Positions 1-9,675 of a stretch of 32,000 bases of DNA are shown here, piece by piece; within the stretch, counting starts at the first letter, position 1, and each line of letters starts with the position of its first letter. Origin of the DNA: Candidatus Atelocyanobacterium thalassa isolate ALOHA (GTDB lineage Bacteria > Cyanobacteriota > Cyanobacteriia > Cyanobacteriales > Microcystaceae); assembly GCF_000025125.1 (NCBI RefSeq), contig NC_013771.1, positions 540,001-572,000 on the forward strand, given 5' to 3'. The notes under the pieces were generated by a model. That model saw only the letters and a list, made by a program, of their open reading frames with translations. It had not been told where the DNA came from and did no database searches. The position numbers were made by a program, and so were the translations under genes.

Positions 1-1
1 T

Positions 2-421
2 GGTTCTTTTGAAATATTATGTACACATTTGGGTTTTATTACTGCTATTTTAGCTCGTATTTTAATTCCAATTTCTCTATGGTTTTGGATAGATTTAAAC
101 GATGAAATTAAAGATTTATCATGGAGTTTTCTCAAGTTAGTACTTGTTTCATGGAGGTGGTCTGTAACTGCCTATAGTGCTATAGGCATTATATTGCGTA
201 TTCCTTTTTTCTCTTGCTTAATTTATGCAAAAGCTTTAGGGACTTCTTCGTGTCAAGCTTGGATTGCTGCTCCCGTTAAGTATTGGTTGATTTTTCATAA
301 CAACGCAACGCCTGTTTTCTTAGGCTTTATAGGACTTGTAGGATTATCAATATATGCTGCATATTTTATATATTTTGTATTAGTTAGATTAAGCAAACAA
401 GGTAGATTAGCTTTAGAATAA
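2..421 (+). CDS. Hypothetical integral membrane protein, probably the 3' part of a CDS that begins upstream of the window
   Basis: The frame is open from the window edge, with no in-frame stop between positions 2 and 28. The only candidate start inside the window is TTG at 29. The product is hydrophobic with several predicted TM segments. I recognise no family. Confidence 0.5.
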   Translation, partial: GSFEILCTHLGFITAILARILIPISLWFWIDLNDEIKDLSWSFLKLVLVSWRWSVTAYSAIGIILRIPFFSCLIYAKALGTSSCQAWIAAPVKYWLIFHNNATPVFLGFIGLVGLSIYAAYFIYFVLVRLSKQGRLALE

Positions 422-477
422 TTAGTTAATTTTAAGGTGTAAAATATTTTTAATAAATTTATTATAGTTTTTTCTAT

Positions 478-810
478 TTATCGCTTCGGATTAGAAGCTT
501 CAACAAGAAAATGACTACCGTTTTTTTGATAAACTAAAACTTGCTCATTTTTGATTAAAGAATTACCTGAATAATAAAATCTTAATTCACTTTTATCAGG
601 TAATTCAATAAATAAGATACTCCCTTTTTCATTAGAGACAACTTTAGTTATTCTACCTACTTGATAAGAAGATTTATTGAGATTGACTTTATCTGCTATT
701 GGGTTTTTCTTATGCTGTGTGTAAAGCTCTTCTGTCTTTTGAGCAACAACTATTACAGTAATAAAAAATTGGGAAGTAATTGATATTATCCAAACCAGTA
801 ACCAATTCAT
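478..810 (-). CDS. Hypothetical protein with an N-terminal transmembrane anchor
   Basis: A 110-codon ORF in DNA where stop codons are frequent. The N-terminus NWLLVWIISITSQFFITVIVV is hydrophobic and is followed by a beta-rich soluble part. No motif recognised. Confidence 0.55.
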   Translation of the reverse strand: MNWLLVWIISITSQFFITVIVVAQKTEELYTQHKKNPIADKVNLNKSSYQVGRITKVVSNEKGSILFIELPDKSELRFYYSGNSLIKNEQVLVYQKNGSHFLVEASNPKR

Positions 811-942
811 TAAAGTATCCTCAGTATTGTATTAATTATCATTAGACTCATTGATGAGATATGGTTGTTATTGACTGAATTTAACTATGGCAGTATGCAT
901 GGCTATCTAAATTTTTCTTGTTACTTTCAGAAAGTTAACTTA

Positions 943-1476
943 TTATTGAATCATCCATAGCAGGGATCTACCTCCATCTCTAATAAGTTTTTCAAAAGGC
1001 TCTGAAGGTGCGTTAGAGGGAACAGGAAATGGTTTTAATATTATTCCTTGGGTTCCAAATATAATTTCTCCTATAATTTTGGCACGGCTGATATGATTAT
1101 TTGATGTTACAAGATAAATACTCTTTATTTTTTGGATTTTTAATTTTTTAATTAAACTCACAAAATTAGTAACTGTATCTTTTGCTCTATAGTCTAAATA
1201 AATTCTATTATTGTTAACTCCTGCGTTTGTAAAAATTTTAGTTAAATATTTTTGTGGACCACCTGAAGATATTAAGAGAGGTGAATTAGTATATTTGAGG
1301 GCTAGCTTTGCCGCAAAACGCTGTCTTTCCTCATGTCCACCTAATATAAATATAACCTTCGGTTGAATGAAATAATTTTGTAATTGCCTATCAGCAAACA
1401 ATAAACTTACAGTTAGTAAAATTGTAAAAATAAAAATTTTTATGTTGAATTTAAGAAAAAGATTATTAGAAGACAT
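943..1476 (-). CDS. DUF218 (YdcF/ElyC-like) domain protein with N-terminal membrane anchor
   Basis: The pattern ILGGHEERQRFAAKLA ... LISSGGP ... YRAKDTVTNF ... LVTSNNHISRA matches the DUF218 signature (LGG...R, SGG, DT.Na, VTs.H..RA). The N-terminus is hydrophobic. Confidence 0.7.
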   Translation of the reverse strand: MSSNNLFLKFNIKIFIFTILLTVSLLFADRQLQNYFIQPKVIFILGGHEERQRFAAKLALKYTNSPLLISSGGPQKYLTKIFTNAGVNNNRIYLDYRAKDTVTNFVSLIKKLKIQKIKSIYLVTSNNHISRAKIIGEIIFGTQGIILKPFPVPSNAPSEPFEKLIRDGGRSLLWMIQ

Positions 1477-1579
1477 AGATTATTTATTTTTATTCAACTT
1501 TATTAAAGTATTACTATTATTTTATTTAAGATGTTAATTTAGAATAAATAATTAATTTCTTATTTATAAAAAATATTTA

Positions 1580-2641
1580 ATGATGAGTAAAATTGTTGTA
1601 GGTTTATCGGGCGGAGTGGATAGTTCAGTAGCTGCTGCGAGTCTGTGTGATCAAGGTTATGAAGTTTCTGGTTTAACTTTATGGTTAATGAAAGGAAAAG
1701 GTCAATGTTGTTCAGAAGGAATGGTCGATGCAGCACATATTTGTGAACAATTAAATATCCCTCATTATATCGTAGATGCTAAGGAACTATTTAAAAAAAA
1801 TATTATAGATTATTTAGTGTCAGGATATAAATCTGGAATAACTCCTTTGCCTTGTTCCCAATGTAACCGCTCTGTAAAATTTAAACCAATGTTAGATTAT
1901 GCTCAGCAAGAGTTGGACTGCGATCTAATAGCTACCGGGCATTATGCTCGTATACGTTATGATAAGGAAACTGACAAATATAAATTACTGAGAGCAATTG
2001 ATCCTAATAAAGATCAATCCTATTTTCTGTATGATCTTCCTCAAGATATTTTAGCTAAAACAATATTTCCATTAGGAGAACAAACTAAAGAAGATACCCG
2101 TCGTATGGCTACCGAATTTAAACTTAGAACTGCAAACAAGCCAGAAAGTCAGGATCTCTGTCTTATCGAGTCTTATGGTTCCATGGCATCCTTTTTAGAA
2201 AAATATATTAAACCTCAAACAGGAGACATAGTTAACTCAAAAGGTGAAGTTCTAGGTACACATAAAGGCATCCATAACTATACTATTGGACAAAGAAAAG
2301 GGTTAGGGATATCATCCTCAGAACCTTTATATGTCTTAAAACTAAATTTATATAATAATCAAGTAGTTGTGGGTAATCGTACTGAAGGATTTCATTCTAG
2401 TTGTATTATTAAAGACGTAAATTGGATATCTATATCTAAGCCAGATATCTCTATGAATGTGAAAGTTCAAGTTAGATATCGTTCTCTTGCAGTTTCTGCG
2501 ACCATAATACCTGTAGAGAATAATCGTTATAAACTAATTTTTGAACAATCACAATTCGGAATCACAGCTGGACAAGCGGCTGTTTTGTATGACGATGATA
2601 TTGTTCTAGCTGGAGGTATTATTGAGGAAATTGGAGATTAA
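1580..2641 (+). CDS. mnmA: tRNA-specific 2-thiouridylase MnmA
   Basis: PP-loop [13 protein letters not shown] at the N-terminus, conserved LPCSQCN cysteine motif, ATGHYAR and DQSYFL motifs, and a typical length of 353 aa. Confidence 0.93.
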   Translation: MMSKIVVGLSGGVDSSVAAASLCDQGYEVSGLTLWLMKGKGQCCSEGMVDAAHICEQLNIPHYIVDAKELFKKNIIDYLVSGYKSGITPLPCSQCNRSVKFKPMLDYAQQELDCDLIATGHYARIRYDKETDKYKLLRAIDPNKDQSYFLYDLPQDILAKTIFPLGEQTKEDTRRMATEFKLRTANKPESQDLCLIESYGSMASFLEKYIKPQTGDIVNSKGEVLGTHKGIHNYTIGQRKGLGISSSEPLYVLKLNLYNNQVVVGNRTEGFHSSCIIKDVNWISISKPDISMNVKVQVRYRSLAVSATIIPVENNRYKLIFEQSQFGITAGQAAVLYDDDIVLAGGIIEEIGD

Positions 2642-2831
2642 AATAATTCTGATTCTGTAATGCTAAAATATTTCTAAAAATATAAGCGATTATATTATGA
2701 ATGCTTTAACAATTATTGTTTCAAACTACTATTCTTATAGTATGTATAACGATTTTAGGTAAAAAATATTAGTCCATTTCAGTTACCTGGGCCAAAATAA
2801 AGTATTGAGATTACGTCATCGGTTATGTGAT

Positions 2832-2862
2832 TAATCAGGTAGGTATAATACCTACCTGATTA
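2832..2862. terminator. Perfect 14-bp hairpin between convergent mnmA and ndhB (candidate bidirectional terminator)
   Basis: taatcaggtaggta (2832-2845) and tacctacctgatta (2849-2862) are exact reverse complements around a 3-nt loop. The hairpin lies 27 nt beyond the ndhB stop. The flanks are only weakly T-rich. Confidence 0.45.
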
Positions 2863-2888
2863 TTACTAATCTTATCAAAACCAAAGTT

Positions 2889-4451
2889 TTAATCTATTGA
2901 CAAAACCAATGCTTCTGTTTGAGAAACATGAATATTGTTAGCACTTGCTTGTAAGATTGGGGTACTGATCACTGAATCATGAGCTAAGTTAATTAAAGGA
3001 TTAGATAAGATTCCTATTAAAGAAGTTGCTACTACAGATAGAACTAGGCCAACTTGCAAAGGCCTCATACCTACCAAGTTCCACCTGACTTTAGGATAAT
3101 TTTTAACAGCATCAGACATTTCGGCTTCTTCTTTGACAACCATCATTTTTACTACACGAATGTAATAGTAAATAGATATAACACTAGTAATTAATCCTAA
3201 TAAAACTAGACCATAAAGTTCAGACTGCCATCCAGCCCAGAAAATATAAATTTTGCCAAAAAATCCTGCTAGAGGAGGTATACCACCGAGAGACAGTAAA
3301 GATATACTAAGACACAAAGTCAATAGGGGATCTTTTTGGTATAGTCCTGCATAATCACTAATTTTATCTGTTCCAGTTTGGAGAGAGAAAAGAATTACTC
3401 CACTAAAAGCTCCTAAATTCATAAATAAGTACACTAGTAGGTAAAATAGCATACTAGAATATCCAGTATCTGTACCTGCAATTAGACCTATCATTATAAA
3501 TCCCGCTTGAGCAATTGAGGAATAGGCTAGCATTCTTTTCATACTAGTTTGAGCCAAAGCTACTATATTCCCCAAAATCATACTCATGATAGCTAAGGCA
3601 GTAAAAATTAAATGCCACTCATCCGTTATGGAGGAAAAAGCAGTTACTAACAAGCGAATAGCTAAAGCGAAACCAGCTGTTTTAGATCCAACAGAAAGAA
3701 AAGCAACTACTGGCGTAGGTGATCCTTCATATACATCTGGAGTCCACTGATGAAAAGGAACTGCAGATATTTTAAATCCAATACCAGCAATCATGAATAC
3801 TAAAGCAACTGCTAGTTCCAGAGAAGAACTATGACTACTACCTATAAAACTACTAGATATAGAGCTGAGAATTGTTTCTCCTCCTGATATCCCATAAAGG
3901 AGAGAGGCTCCATAAAGAAAAATAGCCGTGCTAGAAGCTCCTATTAAAAGATACTTTAAAGCTGCTTCATTAGAACGGGGATCTCGTTTCATATATCCTG
4001 TCATTAGATATGAGGAAATACTTAACATCTCCATAGAAATAAAAATCATTACCAGTTCATTAGCACCAGAAAGAAACATGCCTCCAAGCGTAGCTGTTAG
4101 CATGATGACAATAAATTCTGCTAAAGGTGTTCCTGTCTGTTCTACATATCGAATAGACATAGAAATAGTAATAATTGTAGATAAAGCAATAATTGCTCTA
4201 AAAATAATACTTAAATGATCCCCATTAAAGCTTCCTAGGAAGCTTATAGTAGAAGGGTTGTTCCAATTAATGCAAAGAGAAATTAATGAAGCAAACAAGC
4301 CAATTATTGCTCCATAAGGAAGCCATATCCTGGCGTTACGTCCTCCAATTAAATCTCCAACGAGAATCGAGATTAAAGTGATAATGACAATTCCTTCAGG
4401 AAGAATTGTTCCAGCATTCAGTTGGCTGGCAATATTGCTAGAAAAGTCCAT
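2889..4451 (-). CDS. ndhB: NAD(P)H-quinone oxidoreductase (NDH-1) subunit 2, NdhB
   Basis: Near-colinear resemblance to cyanobacterial NdhB as I recall it: [21 protein letters not shown]..., [32 protein letters not shown], and [21 protein letters not shown]. Polytopic membrane protein of 520 aa. Confidence 0.95.
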   Translation of the reverse strand: MDFSSNIASQLNAGTILPEGIVIITLISILVGDLIGGRNARIWLPYGAIIGLFASLISLCINWNNPSTISFLGSFNGDHLSIIFRAIIALSTIITISMSIRYVEQTGTPLAEFIVIMLTATLGGMFLSGANELVMIFISMEMLSISSYLMTGYMKRDPRSNEAALKYLLIGASSTAIFLYGASLLYGISGGETILSSISSSFIGSSHSSSLELAVALVFMIAGIGFKISAVPFHQWTPDVYEGSPTPVVAFLSVGSKTAGFALAIRLLVTAFSSITDEWHLIFTALAIMSMILGNIVALAQTSMKRMLAYSSIAQAGFIMIGLIAGTDTGYSSMLFYLLVYLFMNLGAFSGVILFSLQTGTDKISDYAGLYQKDPLLTLCLSISLLSLGGIPPLAGFFGKIYIFWAGWQSELYGLVLLGLITSVISIYYYIRVVKMMVVKEEAEMSDAVKNYPKVRWNLVGMRPLQVGLVLSVVATSLIGILSNPLINLAHDSVISTPILQASANNIHVSQTEALVLSID

Positions 4452-4666
4452 AAGTTAGTCAGTAACAAAGGTTCGCAAAAGATACCTAAGCCATTAAACT
4501 TGAGATATCTGTGTTTGATGAGATAAACGTCCTTCTGCAATCATAAGATATAGGAGTAAAATCATGCTAGTTTTTATATTAGTAATCATGTCCTAGAAAA
4601 ATTATTTTGATGTCATTGTTATTATTTTTTATGAATAATTATTGATTTTATATATTTTTAGAGTTT

Positions 4667-5209
4667 TTATCTTATACAAAGATAGCATTTTGACCATCTT
4701 TCTAATTCATGTAGAGAAGCTGGACGTTTACATTGTGGACAAACTGAAAAAGACTTTAATCTTTTTTTGATGACTTTAGTCCATCCTGTAAAAGCTTCTT
4801 GAGGTGTTTGATTTTTTTCTGTAATAATTTTTTTATCAAATTCATATGAATCATTATGAGAGAAAAAACATTTTTTTTTCTGTTCACTTAGATTAGAACA
4901 AGAAATTTTTTTACCAGACCATTTAGCTGAGGAAAAATGAAGCTTATCTATCGGATTGTCTGATAGTTGCTGATTAATTTTTTTCAGTAAGGAATATTTC
5001 TGAAATGACAGTTCTTGAGACCATCCTGAACTTGAAGTTGTAATATAGACAATATTTTGATTAATAGATAATATACTTGTATTAGTTAATGTGTTATTCG
5101 TAACTACATTTTTCCATATGTTACATACTTCTAAGTATCTATGATAATGAGTCCAATGTTCTTTTTTTATTAGAGATTCTAATGGTTTATTCAGTAAAGT
5201 AAATGCCAT
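4667..5209 (-). CDS. DUF721 (DciA-like / COG5512) protein with C-terminal CxxC...CxxC zinc ribbon
   Basis: The central segment NIWKNVV...SINQNIVYITTSSSGWSQELSFQKYSLLKKINQQL fits the DUF721 pattern. The C-terminus has CPQC-x16-CYLC. Confidence 0.65.
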   Translation of the reverse strand: MAFTLLNKPLESLIKKEHWTHYHRYLEVCNIWKNVVTNNTLTNTSILSINQNIVYITTSSSGWSQELSFQKYSLLKKINQQLSDNPIDKLHFSSAKWSGKKISCSNLSEQKKKCFFSHNDSYEFDKKIITEKNQTPQEAFTGWTKVIKKRLKSFSVCPQCKRPASLHELERWSKCYLCIR

Positions 5210-5413
5210 CTTAAAAAAATTAGTAAATATAGAAATATTTTTGTTTTAATCTATTAGAAAAAAGATTAATTAATAATTTTATACAATATATGTTCATTAA
5301 AATATATCTAAATAATAGAATACATATTGATATTACTATTAATAATTTTTTAAAGACAACAAAAAATCTATCAGTTAAATTACAGCAATATTAATTAAAT
5401 CATCATCTTTACA

Positions 5414-6574
5414 ATGCAAATTTATCTTGACTATAGTTCTACAACACCTCCTCGCCCAGAAGTAGTTACTTATATCAATCAGGTTTGTACTCAAGGCTGG
5501 GGTAACCCTTCCAGCACACATCAATGGGGTAAAAAAGCTTCCATGATTCTAGAAAGAGCAAGAATACAAATAGCTAATTCAATCAAAGCTAATGACATAG
5601 AATCAATCATTTTTACTTCAGGAGGGACTGAAGCCAATAATTTAGCCATTTTAGGTACAGCTAAGCAACATAAAAGAAGACAACATATTATTATTTCGAG
5701 TGTTGAACATTCATCAATTAATAAGCCTATAAAATTTTTAGAGACTCATGGGTGGGAAATCACTCGTTTACCTGTAGATTATCAAGGTAAAGTTAATCCT
5801 TTTGATCTAAAAGCTGCTATCAGAAAAAATACTGTTCTTATTTCTATAATTTATGGACAAAGTGAAGTAGGAACTCTACAGCCCATTAAAGAATTATCTG
5901 AAATTGCAAAAAGTTATGGCATTCTCTTTCATACAGATGCAGCACAAGCAATTGGTAAATTAGCTATCAATGTTCAAGATTTAAATATTGATTTACTATC
6001 TTTCTCAGCTCATAAAATTTATGGAACCCAGGGTATAGGAGCTTTGTACATACGTCCAGGAAGTATAGTTTCTCCCTTATTCCATGGAGGAGGGCAAGAA
6101 AAAGGAATACGTTCCGGAACTCAATCTTTAGCTACCATTGCTGGTTTTGGATTGGCTACAGAATTAATTTGTAGAGAGATGATTGAAGAAAGCAATAGAC
6201 TAATGCAGTTACGAAACCAATTATTCAAATATATGTCTGATTATCCATATTTGATTGTTAGTGGGGATAAAAAATATCGCCTTCCCCATCATGCAAGTTT
6301 TATCTTTTCAAATTTATCAAAAAACCAAAAATTGAAAAAGATCACTGGTCAGACTATAGTTCGTCATATGAATTTAGCAGGTATCGGTATTAGCGCTGGA
6401 TCAGCTTGTCATAGCGGTAAATTAATTCCTAGCCCAGTGCTATTAGCTATGGGTTATTCTGCGAGTGATGCAGTAAGTGGAATTCGTTTAACTTTAGGTA
6501 AAAATACTAGTAAAGATGATATTACTTGGACAGCTATTGTGTTAAAACAAATTCTTAGTCGTCTTCTTTCTTAA
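5414..6574 (+). CDS. Cysteine desulfurase (class V aminotransferase, NifS/IscS-type)
   Basis: N-terminal IYLDYSSTTP, FTSGGTEANN, the PLP-lysine motif SFSAHKIYGTQGIGALY, and the active-site cysteine loop SAGSACHSG. It is not next to nif genes in this window. Confidence 0.9.
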   Translation: MQIYLDYSSTTPPRPEVVTYINQVCTQGWGNPSSTHQWGKKASMILERARIQIANSIKANDIESIIFTSGGTEANNLAILGTAKQHKRRQHIIISSVEHSSINKPIKFLETHGWEITRLPVDYQGKVNPFDLKAAIRKNTVLISIIYGQSEVGTLQPIKELSEIAKSYGILFHTDAAQAIGKLAINVQDLNIDLLSFSAHKIYGTQGIGALYIRPGSIVSPLFHGGGQEKGIRSGTQSLATIAGFGLATELICREMIEESNRLMQLRNQLFKYMSDYPYLIVSGDKKYRLPHHASFIFSNLSKNQKLKKITGQTIVRHMNLAGIGISAGSACHSGKLIPSPVLLAMGYSASDAVSGIRLTLGKNTSKDDITWTAIVLKQILSRLLS

Positions 6575-6583
6575 ATTATATTA

Positions 6584-7975
6584 TTATATTTTCCCTCCAA
6601 TCATTACATTGTTGATACGTAAGCTTGGTCCTCCGCAACCGACAGCCAGGCCATTTTGACCATTTTTACAACAACCTCCTGATTCATCCCAATAAAAATC
6701 ATCACCAATTGCTTCAATATTTCCTAATGTTTTAAATGTATTTCCTGATAATGTAACATCTCTTATTGGTTCGGAAATTTGGCCATTCCTTATCATCCAA
6801 GCCTCACCTGCACTAAAAGTATATATTTCTCCATTTGTCATTCCGCCTAACCAATTTTTTGCATAAATCCCTTGCTTGATACCATCAAATAAATTTTTAA
6901 CTGGAGTCTTGCCACGTTCAATCCAAGTATTAGTCATTCGAACTAAAGGAGGATAATAATAATTTAAACAACGTGCATTACCAGTAGGACGTTCATTTAG
7001 TTTTCCCGCAGTTTCACGAGAGTGAAGTCTACCAACTACCAAACCATCCTCAACTAACTGAGTAGTTGTGGCTGGAACTCCTTCATCATCATAAAAGTAA
7101 CTTCCTCGATGTCCTTGAGGTGCTGCTCCATCAAAAATCTGTAATATTTTAGGTCCAAATTTTCTTCCTAAACCTACTACTTTTAAAAGATCAGGATTTT
7201 TACAAAACATATCAGCTTCTGAAAAATGTCCAAAAGCTTCATGTACAAATAATCCAGTTAATACTGGATCTATAACAACTGTGTAATGTCCACCTTTTAC
7301 TGAAGGTATAGCTAAAGAATTTACAGCTCTTGTCGCTGCACTTCTGACTTTTTTATCTAATCCAGTTAATTTATCATAGCCTTCCCTTGATCCAATAGTT
7401 TCTCTCCCAATTTTTAAATTTTCACCATTTTGTGCAATTGCCGAAAATCTCATTTCAATATCAATCCAAGATTGATCAATCATTGTTCCTTCAGACGTTG
7501 CTATGATTACGTTATGAGAGCTGTCATTATAGCTAACTGAAGTATTTTTAATTAGATGGCTTACACTTTGCAAGATATCGTTATATCTATGACATAATTC
7601 TTTCTTTTCTAGTAAACTAACTTTAAACGGATTACGACTAGTTAAAGGAAGTTCACATGTAGTTTGAATAGGAATAACTGGTGCAAGAATAGTTCTGTTT
7701 ATTCCTACTAGAATTGCTGCACTAACTGCTTTTTCTATACTTTGAGATAAGTGAGAGAAAGAGTTAAAAGAGGCAAAACCCCATCCTCCCTTGTAACAAG
7801 CACGTACCTGCCCCCCTTTTGAAATAGTTTCATTAAAATTTTCTGTTATGTTTTTTTCTAATCGAATATTTGTTCCTTTAGAAGTCTCAAGTCTAATAGA
7901 GAGATAATCAACACGGTTAAGATTTTTGGCTATCAGATCAGACAGTATGCTTTTATAATTATTAATATTAGTCAT
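6584..7975 (-). CDS. tldD: TldD-family metalloprotease
   Basis: The HEAFGHFSEAD (HExxxH) motif is typical of TldD and absent from PmbA. Glycine-rich C-terminus GCGGPSLRINNVMIGG. 463 aa. Confidence 0.85.
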   Translation of the reverse strand: MTNINNYKSILSDLIAKNLNRVDYLSIRLETSKGTNIRLEKNITENFNETISKGGQVRACYKGGWGFASFNSFSHLSQSIEKAVSAAILVGINRTILAPVIPIQTTCELPLTSRNPFKVSLLEKKELCHRYNDILQSVSHLIKNTSVSYNDSSHNVIIATSEGTMIDQSWIDIEMRFSAIAQNGENLKIGRETIGSREGYDKLTGLDKKVRSAATRAVNSLAIPSVKGGHYTVVIDPVLTGLFVHEAFGHFSEADMFCKNPDLLKVVGLGRKFGPKILQIFDGAAPQGHRGSYFYDDEGVPATTTQLVEDGLVVGRLHSRETAGKLNERPTGNARCLNYYYPPLVRMTNTWIERGKTPVKNLFDGIKQGIYAKNWLGGMTNGEIYTFSAGEAWMIRNGQISEPIRDVTLSGNTFKTLGNIEAIGDDFYWDESGGCCKNGQNGLAVGCGGPSLRINNVMIGGKI

Positions 7976-8188
7976 AGCTATAAATATATTATCTGTTAGA
8001 ATAATCTGCTGAGTTATTATTTTTTATTCTAAAAATTATATAAATAACTATATAAAAGAATTAAGTCTTTGAATTAAGTGTGAACTATAAAGTTAAATAA
8101 AAGTTATTTTATACACTAAATTAATTTTTGGAATATATAAATATCCATAGTTTAAATAATCATGTAATATCAAAAAATAAAATTTTTA

Positions 8189-8656
8189 TTATCTAATTTT
8201 GTTTGGTATCTCTAATACAGGCCTATTCAATGCGATTGTCAAAGCCTGATTTTGATTTTTTTGAACATAATGATGAAATACAAATCCATCTTGTAACCAA
8301 ATAGTCCCAAATATCATAGCCATAGTACCCAGACCACTAAGAATCGTATTAATTTTTTTACGCTTTTGAGAATCAATTTTATAAAAAATATTTTGAGATA
8401 AAGTAGATTTAGAACTAATACTAATATTTATAGGTCTAGAAATAACAAAGGTTTCTCTTTTAATTCGCAATAATATCTTATACGACCTATTAAAATTTGG
8501 ATCAGTATCTAACCAATATTCAATTGCCTTAATCTCTTGTGACGTTACTTCACCATCAACATAAGCACTAAGCAATTCGAAACGCTTAGACTCGTCTTTT
8601 AAATTATTACAATAATTTGTTATTAATTTTTTCTTATATTCAGAATTAGAAACCAT
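8189..8656 (-). CDS. Putative membrane-anchored anti-sigma factor, partner of the upstream ECF sigma
   Basis: It lies directly downstream of the ECF sigma gene on the same strand. The N-terminal motif FELLSAYVDGEVTSQEIKAIEYWL is typical of anti-sigma N-domains, and no HxxxCxxC zinc motif is visible. There is a single TM (ILSGLGTMAMIFGTIWL). A strong SD (GGGAGG) lies 7 nt upstream of the ATG. Confidence 0.6.
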   Translation of the reverse strand: MVSNSEYKKKLITNYCNNLKDESKRFELLSAYVDGEVTSQEIKAIEYWLDTDPNFNRSYKILLRIKRETFVISRPINISISSKSTLSQNIFYKIDSQKRKKINTILSGLGTMAMIFGTIWLQDGFVFHHYVQKNQNQALTIALNRPVLEIPNKIR

Positions 8657-8769
8657 TGCTAACCTCCCTATATATAAACCAAGAACTTTGGTTGCAGAGA
8701 TGGAGATTAATATTAGTACTCTTGTAATATTCTTTATTAATTAAGAATAAAACAATAATAAGACCAAAA

Positions 8770-9435
8770 TTAATCAATATATTTTTGTAAAACAGTTTGA
8801 AGCTTTGCTCTAGCTCTAGCGATCCTTGATTTAACTGTTCCTAGAGAAACTTCTGTCATTTCTGCAATTTCTTCATATGCTAAACCTTCTATTTCACGAA
8901 GGACTATAGCGACACGAAATGCTTCTGGTAGACCAGCAATCGCAGCTTGTAAACGGTCATAAAATTCACGAGTTGCAAGATTATCATCAGGACTTGGATA
9001 ATCTGAAATAATATCCCATTCTATTTCTCCATCATCTACTCTTCTAGGCGCATCTAGAGACATGGGATGACGCACTCGTTTACGCTTCCTAAGCTCATCA
9101 TAGAATAAGTTTGTTGCAATGCGACTCAGCCACCCTCTAAACTTTACTGGTTCATTAAGCCTTTTAACATTTCTATAGACACGAATCCAAACCTCTTGAG
9201 CTAGATCTGCACGATCTTGCCAATCAGGTGCTAAATGGTAAAGAACTCTATCAACATGAGATTGGTAGCGATTTAGTAATTCAGTAAATGCTCCTCTATC
9301 AGGCTGAGAACCTTTCTGACATAAGATAATAAGATCATAATTGGAGAGTTTTTCCGGAGGCACTTTAGATTGATATTTTTGCCATTGGCTAAATAGTCCA
9401 GGTGCCGAAATTGCTTGACTCATAACTTTACCCAA
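8770..9435 (-). CDS. ECF-type RNA polymerase sigma-70 family factor (cyanobacterial SigG-like)
   Basis: Region 2 (DRADLAQEVWIRVYRNVKRL ... FRGWLSRIATNLFYDELR) and region 4 (FRVAIVLREIEGLAYEEIAEMTEVSLGTVKSRIARARAKL). The ORF opens at TTG 9435, but ATG at 9423 (MSQAIS...) is an equally plausible start. Confidence 0.85.
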   Translation of the reverse strand: MGKVMSQAISAPGLFSQWQKYQSKVPPEKLSNYDLIILCQKGSQPDRGAFTELLNRYQSHVDRVLYHLAPDWQDRADLAQEVWIRVYRNVKRLNEPVKFRGWLSRIATNLFYDELRKRKRVRHPMSLDAPRRVDDGEIEWDIISDYPSPDDNLATREFYDRLQAAIAGLPEAFRVAIVLREIEGLAYEEIAEMTEVSLGTVKSRIARARAKLQTVLQKYID

Positions 9436-9471
9436 GATATATCTGTTTACCCCTGATATTCCTTACCAAAG

Positions 9472-9496
9472 GACGTCAATTAATTAAAATAGTTCC
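9472..9496 (-). promoter_or_regulatory. Candidate ECF-type (autoregulatory) promoter: GGAAC-N16-CGTC
   Basis: The minus strand reads AAGGAACtattttaattaattgaCGTCc. GGAAC is the complement of 9492-9496 and CGTC the complement of 9472-9475, with an exact 16-nt spacer. It sits about 40-70 nt upstream of the sigma start codons. These are G/C-containing blocks in an otherwise almost pure A/T stretch. Confidence 0.4.
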
Positions 9497-9546
9497 TTAA
9501 GTTTCAGTGTCTTAAAATATTATAAGCATAATTATTAATAATATAG

Positions 9547-9600
9547 AAAATTACTAATTATGCTTACAATATTAGTATTGTAAGCATAATTAGTAATTTT
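9547..9600. repeat. Perfect 25-bp inverted repeat with 4-nt loop
   Basis: aaaattactaattatgcttacaata (9547-9571) is the exact reverse complement of tattgtaagcataattagtaatttt (9576-9600), with loop ttag. A partial third copy of the arm core (aagcataatta) lies at about 9524-9534. Confidence 0.9.
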
Positions 9601-9634
9601 TATTAACTTTTACATTTTTTATTAACTTTTACAT
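9597..9634. repeat. Perfect 19-bp tandem duplication
   Basis: ttttattaacttttacat occurs twice back to back (9597-9615 and 9616-9634). The first copy overlaps the last 4 nt of the palindrome arm. Confidence 0.9.
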
Positions 9635-9675
9635 ATTATTATTGTGTTTTTGAATAATTAAATTAGGTCCATATT

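Noticed and set aside
3928-4218. 96-aa ORF on the + strand
   Set aside because: It lies entirely antisense inside ndhB, whose identity is unambiguous. The product is low-complexity with no start context. It is a typical shadow ORF.
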